DNA of 56,558 nucleotides, filler included, from Dirinaria sp. TL-2023a (taxonomy: Eukaryota): assembly GCA_051941275.1 (NCBI GenBank). It is 4 parts of 4 records of this genome, joined end to end, with 100 filler letters (N's around TTAATTAATTAA, not from the genome) between each part and the next. Parts side by side here need not be neighbours in the genome. Positions count along the whole stretch, not along the records: positions 1 to 14,071 come from JAVEBF010000626.1; positions 14,172 to 28,238 come from JAVEBF010000627.1; 2 more parts are not named here. The stretch is one strand, 5' to 3'. Under the pieces are notes generated by a model. That model made no database searches. It was given only the letters and a program-made list of their open reading frames with translations, and was not told the DNA's origin. Positions 12,401-24,523 of the stretch are shown piece by piece. A program made the position numbers and the translations under genes. Position 1 is the first letter of the stretch, and the number at the start of each line of letters is the position of its first letter.

Positions 12401-13325
12401 GTTTTGGAATAGTGCTGACGCTCTGCAGGGTCTTATGGAAGACAAAGTTCCAACTATCATGGAGAATGTATTCGAGTGCACTCTCGAGATGATCAATAAG
12501 GACTTCTCCGAGTATCCAGAGCATCGGGTGGAATTTTTTAGGTTGTTGAAGGCCATCAACCTCTTCTGCTTCCCTGCGCTGTTGAAGCTTGACGGACGGC
12601 AGTTCAAATTCGTTATAGATTCATGCATGTGGGCAAGCAAGCATGACAATCGCGAAGTCGAGAACACTGGCCTCAGCATGTGCATTGAGCTCATGGACAA
12701 CATGGCTGAGTCCGACCCACAGACTGCTAATATGTTCTTCCAGCAATTCTTTGTACCTATCCTACAAGATGTATTCTTTGTGCTCACCGATTCCGATCAC
12801 AAAGCGGGTAAGTAATTTCCAAGATGCACTTCGTCGTTGCATGGCTAACACATGTCAAAGGATTCAAATCTCAGTCAATGCTACTCGCCCGCATGTTTTA
12901 TTTCATCGAGAGCGGCAAAATCACTGAACCAGTCTACACGCCCGAGCAGGCTCCGGCCGGGACTGCCAATAAAGATTTCCTACGAAGCTTCATTGGAACA
13001 CTGCTGCAGAACGCGTTTGCTAATCTTCAACCGTACGTTGTGTCGCTAGCCCTTAGGGTTTTCAATACTAATAAACAATTACAGTGCCCAAATCCAATCG
13101 TTCATCGACAATCTCTTCTCCATGAATACCGACCTTGCCAAGTTCAAGCTCATGCTCCGCGATTTCCTCATCCAGCTCAAAGAGTTCTCCGGTGACAATT
13201 CCGAGCTGTTTGCTGAGGATCGAGAAGCTGCGCAACAAGCCGCGAATGTGGCCGAGCGCGAGCAGAAGAGTAAGGTAGGCGGTCTCCTGAAGCCGGCAGA
13301 CCTGGATCAGGATGATGAACTGTGA
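9490..13325 (+). CDS. CRM1: Exportin-1 (Crm1/Xpo1), 12 exons
   Basis: [20 protein letters not shown]...; [82 protein letters not shown]-terminal GGLLKP. Introns at about 9556-9617, 9648-9706, 9780-9829, 9902-9954, 10668-10720, 11493-11542, 11800-11851, 12066-12116, 12347-12428, 12808-12860 and 13033-13085. Confidence 0.98.
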
Positions 13326-13710
13326 ATGGAGCCCTATATCCGAGCCGGGTACTTCCAAGAATACGAAGGAACGCTTTGACTCAAAGCGTCAAGCCTCGTA
13401 GGTTAGTTAGATGGCAGTTAGTCAATTGCACATGCGACCACATTGAGGAGCAGGACGGCCGCTGTAAAGGGTTTTTCTCTTTCTGATTATTGACGCCAGC
13501 GCGAGTCGCGGCTCCAGAAGAGAAACAGGCGCAGCTAGATGAAGAGGCATGGCAAAAGGCTGGGAAGGGGGGAAAAGCTAGATTCAACAGTTCTCTTTCT
13601 TTTTTTTTTTGCAAGTCGGTAGCAGATGCGTATGTGTGTGTGTAAACTACTATTACTACATCGGGTGCATAGCGAAAGACCTAGTTTAGTGGAATTCAAA
13701 ACGAGAGCTC

Positions 13711-13735
13711 TGTGTGTGTGTAGGTGTGTGTGTGT
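13711..13735. repeat. Interrupted (TG)n microsatellite downstream of CRM1
   Basis: tgtgtgtgtgtaggtgtgtgtgtgt; a shorter TG run lies near 13633-13643. Confidence 0.8.
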
Positions 13736-14071
13736 ATCTTCGGTATTGATCGATTGAACCCATCTATTAAGCTATTGTACTCTCTCTGGTGTGTCTACGG
13801 CTTCTTCACAAACGCATTTCATCCCAATGCGTCTCGTGAGATGCATGCCAGCCACACTTGGCAAATGGTTCGATTCTCCCTTTAACTCCTTAGTTCCTAG
13901 TTGATGAGCCTTCCGGTATCGACCTGACACCCTGTTTTTGGACTATGCTTAGATCTAAGTTTCGAACAGGTCAGCGAGGTGTCAATCTCATACATATATA
14001 CATACAGTACCCCTTCATCACGCCATGCGAGCAAAAAGGGGTTGTAAACAGAGAGGGGGGGGGGGAAATGG

Positions 14072-14171
14072 NNNNNNNNNNNNNNNNNNNNNNNNNNNNN
14101 NNNNNNNNNNNNNNNTTAATTAATTAANNNNNNNNNNNNNNNNNNNNNNNNNNNNNNNNNNNNNNNNNNNN
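14072..14171. other. Artificial assembly spacer N44-TTAATTAATTAA-N44
   Basis: Exactly 100 nt; the 12-mer gives stops in all six frames; identical spacers at 28239 and 42401. Confidence 0.97.
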
Positions 14172-14658
14172 ATGTATATATGTATACAGAGAAAGGGGTA
14201 CTAAGGTAAGGTAAATTGCAAATTACAAAAAAAAAAAAAGGCCCACCCCGGGGGCCGGGGTCACAAGAAAGGAAGAAAGGAAGTTGAAAGCTGGGACTGG
14301 GATTGAGCTTGGCTACTTTACTGATTACAGGTACCTTATCAAATGTGTCGGGTGTCACGGGGAGGGTTACAAAGGCAGTGAAAAATGCTTGAATTAGTAG
14401 CAACTTCGCTATTTTTTTCCTTTTCTTTTGCTTTCTTTCTTTTTTACTTTTTGCTTGGACATGCTATTAACTGACATCAGGTAAACAAGCCCGTGTTTGC
14501 ACGTACAGCCATTTGAATACCTCGAAACTTTTTTTTTTCATGCCATACAAGGGTAGCGCTTCAGCAAAGAAGGGCCTTTAACCTCTTTTATGTAGACGCA
14601 ATTCGGGACTTCCCATTACCACATTACTTCCCCTCCTTGATTATCTGTAAGGTATGAT

Positions 14659-17610
14659 CTAGGACAACACGGCTCTGAGCGGCAATTTCCTCGACGAGCT
14701 GCCCACAAACGCGGTCTTGGTGTAGTTCGAAATGACCCAGTTCTGGCTGACGGTGTCCCAGTTCGAGACATCCCGCCGTGTCACATCGGCTTCGAATGTC
14801 GCGCTTTGGCCGGGCTGAATTGATAGCCTCTCGAACCCGCGAAGCACCACCTTCGCGTCGTAGGGCCCGCCTAGTGAGATATACAGCTGTGCGACTTCTT
14901 CACCCGCGACGCTGCCCGTGTTGGTGATGGTGGCGGAGACTTGGTATAGGACGTCGTAAAGCATGGGATTGCCGCCCGGTGCACCGCCGGCAGGTATTAA
15001 TGGCTGCGGCGAGCCGTCCTGAGCGCCAGCTGGGACGAAGCCCGGAAGACCGTAGTCGGACTCATTGGCCGAAGTCTCGAGATCGGTGTAGTTGAGGTAG
15101 GGATAGATGTAGAGCGGAATACGTGTCAGGTTGGCCGGGAAGACGTAGCTTGCAGAGTCGTTGGTTGCAGACGCGTTGGAGATACTGCCGTACGTCGGAG
15201 CTGGGGAGGTCAAGCCCGTTGTAGGAGTATACGTGCTGGCATTGGTTCTGGTGACTTTGATATTCGAGTACGAGAACGTTGTATAACTCAGACCAAATCC
15301 AAACTCGTACACTGGTTGGATATTATTTTCGTCCAAGGCGCGGTAATCGACAAAGATCCCTTCAGTGAAACTGACTTGAGGAGCTCCAGTGCCTTCGTTC
15401 GGCACATACAGAAGATCAGTGCCGTAGTCTTCGCGCGACTCAGCCATCGTGAATGGAAGTTTAGCCCCTGGGTTGACTCGACCATACAGAATGTCAGCGA
15501 TGGAATTGCCTGACTGCTCGCCCGGAACACCAGCCCAGAGGATGGCAGTAATATTCGGATTGCTTGAGTAATTCGCCAGGAGAACTGGGCCTACGGTATG
15601 CAGCACAACAATGGTATTGTTGCAAAGTGCTGAGACATTTTGAACCAGGGTGTCACCGCCTTGCCACAAAGTAAGATTATTGCGATCGCCAATATTGCCG
15701 TCCACATCGATGTAACCCTCACCGGCATCTGCATTCACAAAGACGATGGCAACGCTGGCTCGGGAAGCCAGAATTGGGATCTGGGTGGTTGCGAAGTTGC
15801 CAGTAATGGACTCAAAAGCGCCCATGTTATTCAGAACTTCATTCTGGACGGCCGTTTCAGGTGTGATCAGGTAAGGGAAATTTGAGCTGCCACTGCCCCA
15901 AGCCATTCCTAGCGTCCCATTATCACAGCCACGGTCTGGACATCCGTTCGGTCCATCCGGGTTGTCGCCTGCATCGTTTCCAAAGACGGCAGTGAGTTTT
16001 TCCTTTCCAGTCAAGGGCAATGCATTGTTGGTATTCTTCAGTAAAACCGTGCTGGCAGCACCAATCTGACGAATCAGATTCCCATGTTCAGCACGAACGT
16101 CGACGTGCTCGTTGATCAAGCCATATCCTTGGCCCACAAAAAAGTGTTCGTAGCCATACGTCTCCAGTGTCCACGAGTCAAAGTTGATCGGTACCGAATT
16201 CGTGTCACGTCCCACGTAATAGTATGCGGCCATAATCCGGGTCGCCATATCGTCCAGTCGCCATGCCGGCACAGTACCGTTAAGTACTGCAATTGTAAGG
16301 TTTGATCCCCAATAGGACGTTCCTGAATCGAAGGTGACATCTCCAGGCATTGTCATATCCAGGCCAGCCAGTGCAGAGCCGACGCCAGAATGCTGGGCGG
16401 ACCAATCAGACATAACGAATCCTTGGAAACCGAGCTCGCCTTTCAAAACGTAATTGAGAAGATGGCTGTTCTGGCAACCGTAGCTGTTATTAATCTGTTC
16501 ATACGAGCACATAATAGAGGCTACGCCGGCTCTGACTGCATCTGCAAACGGCCTGCGACGGTCAGCCATGAGTACGAATGGTACATGTGGTTTTCGACTT
16601 ACCATAGATACAGTTCATGCATTGTTCTGTCATCAACATTCGAACTTATAGAGTCGTTGATCTTGAAACCGAAGTTCGCTGCTTCTGGAGCTTGACGGAA
16701 ATGCTCCTGTTCGTTGGCAATGTAATGCTTTCCAGTGGCCATGACACCAGAGCTTTGGATTCCCTGAATGGTCTGGGCAAACATGATCCCGGTCAGGACA
16801 GGGTCAGGACTGAGGATGTGTGAGCGGCACAATGTTATACTCGTGTGAGCATGGCTCACCTGAAACCTTCCCAATTTCGGCCGCCTTCCGGAGATCGACC
16901 AAGAGGACCAGCGACGGGCCCTAATTGAGCGTCCACACCTTTACCTCTATGCTCTGCACCCATCGCTTGCCCTCTAGCGTATGCCAGACCTCGGTCCCAT
17001 GTAGCAGCAACATTGACACCGGCAGGGAAGACGGAATTGAAATCAGCTGCGAACGATATTTAGCTTTTTAGTTCATGAGGGGAGCTCTGGCAGGCCTTAC
17101 TGTCACGAACGCCAACGGGTGAGTCTTGCAAACAGAGGCTTCGGAAGCCCAAGCGCGGAATCGAACCAGTCTGCCCAACGCATCGTTCTTCCTCCCAGCT
17201 GTCGAGGGTTAGCTTCCTATGCGCATTATTCTGACAACGGGAATAATTCACCCCACGCCAGTGGTCAAGTTGACCTTTTCTAACAGTGTAAGCTGACTGA
17301 CAAAGGCTCGAGCTTTGCTGTAGGCAGCGGCCCAGTCCCCAGTCCCAGAGCCCCATGGCGAAGGATAGTAGGGCGGAGAAGTCGCTCTCCCTTGACCATT
17401 ACCAGCAGAAGGGTCGGGTGAGGTAGCATTCGGGTAGGTGGCATTTGGGAACTATCACCAGGTTGTCAATTACATTTCCATGTTCAGTGAAGGACTACGG
17501 TAATGTTAAGGTAATAACAACTTAACGGATGCACGTACGGGAGCGGTATTGTTGCCGTCTTGGGCGTTTATGAGGCTTGCCGCCACAAGCAGCAATGGCG
17601 TCAGCCACAT
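14659..17610 (-). CDS. Secreted GH3 beta-glucosidase (BglA/Bgl1 type), 6 exons
   Basis: Signal peptide [38 protein letters not shown]; nucleophile motif GFVMSDW; acid/base region NADAGEGYI; FnIII-like C-terminus LRGFERL...WD. Five GT-AG introns, the first at 17452-17538. Confidence 0.96.
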
Positions 17611-19543
17611 GATTATGAAATTAAGGATAGGACGGAAGGAGAACGAGGACAGGTGCTTGGAAGGAGGCGGTCAAGGTGGGTATAAGAATAATAGCCCAAT
17701 GGCTACAGAATTCCGGGCAATGGAAAGGTGGCAGGAATCATGGCTGAGGAGCTTCATGGTAGAAGAGCAGTTTACAATACTAAATAATAATAAGAGAATA
17801 ATTTGACCATCATCTCATGATCTCAAGCCCCAGTTTTTCTCTGGCCCGATGTTTAATCGATCAGCAAGAGCTTCCCAGGATCCCAGCTTTTCCTGCACCA
17901 TTGCAGGGGCAGACAAGGGTAGGGCTTGCGGAGTCCAACCGTCATCAGGGCCCGCTGCACGCTAGAAGTGCCCTAAGACCGTTAAGGTGCTCGCAGCAAG
18001 ATTGAGCCAATGGGCTGGAAGAGCGCGAGAACGCCAACCCAAATACACAATTATTCCCCGCAATCGAACCTCGGGCGCCCCCGCTTCACGTCTGTGCAGA
18101 AGAACAATAATCGAATTTTATACCGAGCATTATTGAGTTAGATTCAGTGTCACGGGCATTCCTAGAGTACTGCATGTAGGTGAAATCTACATGGAAAAGA
18201 AGGAGTTCAGTAGCTGTAATAAGATGACCCTCTCATCTCATCGCAGACATAGGTACGGAGTACATGCACACCTACCAGAACAGTGACCCTTCCATCTGAA
18301 GCTGCTTACCCTATGACGTAATCTTATACAGTGCAATCGGGTGGGGATGACTGCAAATTGCACGAGGAACGAAGTACCCCTCTTTCCTTCTCTTTCTCTC
18401 GGTACGTAAGGTACTTACACCACCTCATTACCTTACCTAGGCAGTGGTACAAGGTTACACTCCAGTACCTTAGTAAAAGCCTTGTCCATGTAAAGGGGAG
18501 TTACCTAGGTATGCGAGGTATCATCAAATGTCAGCGCTGCTACCGCACGTGCATCACTTTCATGTGCTCAACGCACACCCACCCACTCAATGATTACCAT
18601 TATCGACACCAGCCCTTCATTGGTCAACAAGGCCCGCAAGCAAGTCAAACGACCCTCCGGCGACTTGATCAGCTCATCAAGATGGGAGGATGGATACTGC
18701 CATGTACCCCGCAACCAATGGAACGATACGTTAGTTCAACCCTACCCACCTAGAGGTCCTCCTACGAGATGAGACTTGCAAGACAGAGTGAGCAATCGCT
18801 TGGCCGTGGCTCTGGCCGTGATGCAAGGCATCGTGATACCCATCATCCCTGTGAATATCCATTGGCCATGTTCTATATCCTCGGCCTTGAGACTGAAAAT
18901 GCCTTACTTCACATAAAGTAAACCTACCTGGGTAGTCGAAGATCCAAATAGCGGCTTCGTACATACCGCCGTCTAGCTACAATAATGCATCGATCGTACG
19001 AAGCTCGCTGTTATCCCTGCTCAAGATGCGCTACAGCCAAGATCCTTGAGCTCATCAGCGTCATTCTCATCGATGTTGTGATTAGCCGCGCAGAGATGGA
19101 TCTGAAGATCGATCTAGACGCAGCCACCAACGAATAAAAGTAAAGATCAAGCTCTTTGCACTGTCCTGGCGTGAAGCCTTACTGCTGACTGCTGCATGAC
19201 TTTGTCCTCAATCACCTGACGGATCAATCGAACGCTTGAATTGGGTGCTCAAACCCAGCTCCTTATCATCGCAGGGCTCTGGCACTCTGCCATGAAACTC
19301 CTAATTTTCTTTCAGAAAGGCAAATTCACGTCCAAACAGTGCTCTAGTAGACAATGGTAATCCAGGAAGTGTGCGAAGTTCTTCATTACTCTGCTGATGT
19401 AATCATCCTTGAGCCAGACGCCCGTCCAGAAGCGCATAAGAGGGTATTAAGAAGTCAAATATGAGGTTAGTCCTCAACGTATCAAAACGCGAAAATTGTT
19501 GAAAATGATAGCGCCACCTGGATCATCTCATACACTACCTCCT

Positions 19544-20530
19544 TCATTCATCTTTGATGGGCGTAGCTGCTCGGGCAGGCTTACTGCTAGTGTCATTACT
19601 TGCAATCGCAAGGCCGCGTAGAATGTCTTTAGCGAAGCTGTAAGTCATATAGCTGGGAAATGCTATCCAAGCGTAACTGGAAGTCGCATCAGCAAAATAC
19701 CAATCTACCCGCCATTGCGCTTTCAATGGCTGCAAAGACTGCTCTCTGGCTTCGCTAGGTGAACCTACTTTGGTATAACATATAGCACGACTAGGGAAAC
19801 CGCATCGTTATGGCCAATGTTTTCGAACCCAGAGAAATATTCGTTCAGCTCTGTAAATATATCTAGTTAGGTTGTGTATGGCGCTGTCGCGACTGAAAAG
19901 GAAACACATCGGCAGAAGCCAGCTCGAATAGGGAAGCTCAATTACAATCATCTGGTAAGGATTCCAGGCACAGACACCCAATCCTACTTCAATTGAGGAG
20001 TCGTCCATCTCTGCTTGATTGCCTGTGTTTGAATGAGAGCAAAGGAACTTACGGTAAAGGATTGTTTTGCTAACAGTCATTACACTCACTGCAAACCCCA
20101 CCAAGACTGCCATGCCTCCCCAGCCGCCAGTCAGAGCCCTTTTACCTCCCTCTCCTCTCCGCCACACTATCCACAGGTAGCCGACATAACCAAGTGTTTC
20201 CAAGAGGTTAAGGCTTGCTTGCGCGGCTGTGAAACCGTTACTCGCATTGTATGCCGGCCAGCCATACATGTAGTCGACCGTTCCATAAAGCGCATAAGGC
20301 TTGAACAAAGGAGATTGAAATTTACCATCAGGCATGCTGTGAGGCCTCAACATGACGTAGGCCGTGTCCCAGATAACGAGAGGGAGTGAGAATATCAGCC
20401 ATACCAACGTCATGAGGGTCGGCACATGACTCCATGTTCGAGATCGTCCTGAGCTTCGTTTGGTGAGGGTTTTCGAAGGCGAGAGGTCAGGTGGAGGAAA
20501 ATTGGTCGGATGGGCCCTCGTCGAAACCAT
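19544..20530 (-). CDS. EXPERA/EBP-like multi-pass membrane protein, 3 exons
   Basis: MVSTRAHP...; WDTAYVMLRPHSM, YALYGTVDYMYG, GFTAAQASLNLLE, SKTILY|QLNEYFSGFENIGHN...VIPN|YAWIAFPSYM. Introns 19851-20052 and 19677-19768 join three frames; about four hydrophobic segments. Confidence 0.75.
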
Positions 20531-21833
20531 TACTGCATAGAACTTCGCGCGCACAAGGATACCCCGAGATCAGTGGTGTTGCAGTTGCCAGAAAGGATGT
20601 GTGGCTGGTGCTCTCCGACTGGGATATGTGCTTTAGTTTGGCCTGATTGATAGGGAACAGCGTTCAAAGGAGCACGTAAGCAAGGAAGAAAGTAAGTACT
20701 AGGAACCAATACAATAAGATAGTCAACAGCTAACGGAATCCAACGCCAAAGATAGTACAGTGTTCAACGGTTGCCGGCATTCGCGGAAAAAGAGACCTGC
20801 CATTCCTGCCTGCGTATGTAAGTCGCGAGTCCTGCCAGCGTGCCAAGCCTTGATCTTGGGGGTCTTGGCATTATCCGACCTTCAGGTACCTTACGAGTAC
20901 CTTACTTCTCACTTGTACCTCACCTGGCAGTTCTTCAACCTACAGTACCTTAGTCCACGTACCTGGCGTTGACACTTTCGCTACAGTAATCCGCCACCGA
21001 TCATATAGTTGCGCAATCTCCTCAGTCACTGTCAGCAGACATCACACACAGTTGTCAACTTGGGTCACATACTACCGACTAAGGTAAGGTAGCTCGCATG
21101 CCAAAAACCTCTCGGCAGACCAGTCGTCCCTAGAGTGCCGAACAGCATGCCGGCTCCCCCACTGCTATCCGGGTTGAGACTTGGGAGAGACGAGCTTGCA
21201 CAAATAAGAGCAGTGCAGAAGGATTGATTAGTCTGCTGCGAAATCGGTAGTTGACACCTTCCGTGCTGTTCCACGGGATGGTTATTGGAAAATCATGTTT
21301 ACCTTTCCGAACACGGCCCAGTCCCACAGAGAGCCAAATCAAATCCATACAAGCGCAGCGATGTTCATCTTCAGTCCAAGAGGCTATCGAAGCGTTTGCA
21401 AGCATTCCCAAATCTCCACGTGTACATCGGCAAGAAGTAGCTGCATATTTTTCCCTGGGTATCTATCTCCACGGCAATCGTCCCAAAAGCTTCGAGCAGA
21501 AGTGAAGGCCATCCCAATCAACCTCCACTAGATTCACCGCTCACTGCCCGGCTGCAAGTGCCGCCAGCCAGTAATCCCACGCTTCTAAATCCTAAAGGCG
21601 GCGGAGTGAGTACAACGTAAATCTCCCAATGGCACCAGGCGGCTGCCAGCGCTATGACTGCCTTTCCATGGTAATCTGTACTGGAAGGGCAGGAGCGCTG
21701 TTGCCTTATTGAGCCGAGGCCCTCATATGACACTAAAGTACAATCTCTCTCACTCAATATCCATCCTCCTGAAACTGAAAGTGAAAGCCCCCAAGGCCCA
21801 GCGTTTTGGTGTTCTCCTACCTATCTACTCACA

Positions 21834-23592
21834 ATGATCAATTCAATCCTCCTATTCGTATCTCAGCATTGGCTGATACTGTTGCCTTTGTCCCTTCTCA
21901 TATACCTTGCCAAGAACCGTTTCCACCATGGATTGCACAGATATCCGGGTCCTTTCCTTGCCTCGTTGACGGATTGGTGGAGATTCTTCGACGTCCTGGG
22001 CAGAAGGCCAGACATTACACACATTGAACTACACAAGAGACACGGCGACATTGTCCGCTTAGGTCCAAACGCATTATCCTTTGCGAATCCCGCAGCACTG
22101 AAGGCAATCTATGGGCCAAACAAAGGCTTCACAAAGGTAATACTGATCGATCGTCTCACGTTATCATCCACCACTTACTCGAGACTAGTCGGAATTCTAC
22201 CCTGTGCAACAAGCGATGGCCAAAGGTTCTCGTCTGCCGTCCTTATTTTCAACCACGGATGAACAATACCACGCGGCGCTGCGAAGATGCGTCAATTACG
22301 CGTTCTCAATGACTGCACTTGTCCAGTATGAGCCTTTCGTAGATGGCACTACTGAGAAATTTCTGGATCAGACTGAGGCCTTATTCTCTTCCAAGAACGC
22401 TGTCTGTGACTTCAGTCAATGGCTTCAGTATTACGCGTTCGACGTCATTGGAGAAATCACTTACAGCAAACGGCATGGCTTTGTCGACCGAGGTGAAGAC
22501 GTTGATGGGATGGTATCTTACCTTGGCAGGCTATTCAGCTACGTGGCTCCTGTAAGTGGCATTGTAGCTGCATCCAGATTGTAGCTGCATCCATCGAGGC
22601 AATTGACTAAATCCTACCCTCCTAGGTCGGTCAGATGCCTTTCCTAGACAAGCTCTTACGCAAGAATCCGATTCTCCGTCTGCTCGACAAGTATGGTATC
22701 AAGTCATTCACATTTCCCGTTGTCACTTTCGCGAAAGCCCGTATGAATGAGAGATTGGCAGCAATCGAAATATCCAAAGCTCATGGCAAAGACCTTAGTG
22801 CATCCTCCGGTACGCGTCGAGGCGACTTGCTCTCAATGTTCTTGAAAGCCAAAGAGGATCGTCCAGAGTTCTTTAATGACTCCCGTGTGTTGGTCATGGC
22901 AGTCAGCATGGCTTTCGCTGGTTCTGAGACGACAGCTATTTCCCTTTCAGCGGTTTTCTATTACTTGCTCAAGAACCCTCGGTGCTACGAACTTCTTTTA
23001 AAGGAGATGGACGCTGCAATCTCGAACGGTACGCTTAAAAATCGGCCGACAGGGCTGGTAACATGGGCCGAGTCGCAGAACCTGCCTTACCTTGACGCGT
23101 GCATCAAAGAAGCTTTCAGACTCCACCCGGCAGCCGGCCTACCCCTCGAGCGGGTTGTGCCTCCTCAAGGCGCGGAGATTTGTGGAAAGTATATCGCAGG
23201 CGGAACCATTGTCGGATGCAACGCATGGGTCATTCACCGTAGGAAAGAAATCTTTGGCGAGGATGTGGAGGTTTTCCGGCCTGAAAGGTGGATTGAGGCT
23301 AGTAAAGAGAGAGGGAAGGAGATGGAGGGCTGCATGTTCCAGTTTGGCATGGGTTCGAGAACATGCATTGGGAAAAACATTAGTTTGCTAGAGATGTACA
23401 AACTCGTCCCGAGCTTCTTGAGGAGATTCGAGGTATGTTTTCCCTTTTGTGCACCCTGCGGCTGTCTATTCGTGGCTGATTGAAGTTCTGTAGATCTCGT
23501 TTGCGCATCCAGAGCAAGAATGGAAACTCCACAATGCCTGGTTTGTCAAGCAACACAATTTCAATACGGCATTCAAGGTTCGGAAAACATAG
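21834..23592 (+). CDS. Cytochrome P450 (pisatin demethylase-like group; tentatively CYP532-like), 4 exons
   Basis: N-terminal anchor plus YPGP hinge; I-helix AGSETTA; EAFR (ExxR); FRPERW; heme motif FGMGSRTCIG. Introns about 22137-22188, 22552-22625 and 23433-23493; last exon WKLHNAWFVKQ. Confidence 0.93.
22561..22593 (+). repeat. Perfect 16-bp tandem duplication inside P450 intron 2
   Basis: attgtagctgcatcca-g-attgtagctgcatcca. Confidence 0.9.
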
Positions 23593-24523
23593 CGTTGTCG
23601 GGAAAGGGATGCAAAAATATCGAGCGCTCCCTGTAAGATATCCATGAACGGAAAGGCTTGAATGAATGGACGGTACCTATTGCATACCTGTCTTCGAAAC
23701 GGTCCAATGGTTTTCTTCTTGAAAGGACTCGGTCTCTTAGCGATCACGCCAACCTGTGCTGCAGGAGATACATACTATGTAAGAAGTGAAAATCAAGCTG
23801 GGTTGAGCCTGGAGTACTCCCGAACGAAAAGATCCATACTCCCCCACTTGTTCGCCACGCGACGTCGCTCCATTGGGGGATTGGGTGCCTCCAGGGACAT
23901 CGAAGTCTTCGGAGTGGATTTAAAAAAACACCACGGAAAATGTACTTAACCAAGTGCTTACCCAGACTCAGGTCTCGGGAATACTCTCAAACGATTGTGA
24001 TGTGTCAAACACTGGGGACTTGATTTTCCGCCACTATTGTATCTAATTTATCGGCTCAAGAGGAATTTCTAGCGCAAAGAGCCCTTGGACCCTCATGACT
24101 CGAGGCTGCGTGTAGTTATACTGCTATATTGCGAGCATTGTGCTACGATTGTAAGAATGGATGAAATAAGCAACATTTTTGTACATGAGGTCAATAGATT
24201 CAACGCATATTTTTCCCATCTGAGTGAACGCGCCCAAGGTAAGGTGCGATGCCTTAACAATCGCACCCTTCGCTGCCATAGAGTGAGGTAGACACAGGGG
24301 GAGATAGACGCAGAATTTAGACCAGGGCTGCCATAGGGTTAGGAGCCCAACACGCGTGTTGAAAAAATGTCATCAGTTTTATTTCGCCCAGTAGTAGCTA
24401 ACACCTTTCTCCGAAATTTTGATGCCTTGAGGTGGCCACGACTCAGACCGAAAATTCTAGCAAGACTTAAGAGAGTACTAAAGTCTGAACAGAATGCATC
24501 GATGACACCCAACCATCCGTCCC

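Noticed and set aside
14116..14127. Palindromic TTAATTAATTAA occurring three times (also 28283 and 42445) as a biological repeat or transposon target
   Set aside because: Always centred in exactly 44+44 Ns; it is a six-frame-stop scaffolding linker. ORFs running into it are artefacts.
17452..17538. Stwintron (nested intron) interpretation of GH3 intron 1
   Set aside because: Removing the putative internal intron does not rebuild a convincing external donor; retained only as a possible alternative acceptor.
18590..19500. Short protein-like ORF fragments between the GH3 and EXPERA genes (possible pseudogene)
   Set aside because: I could not join them with credible introns or recognise any family; a BLASTx search would be needed.
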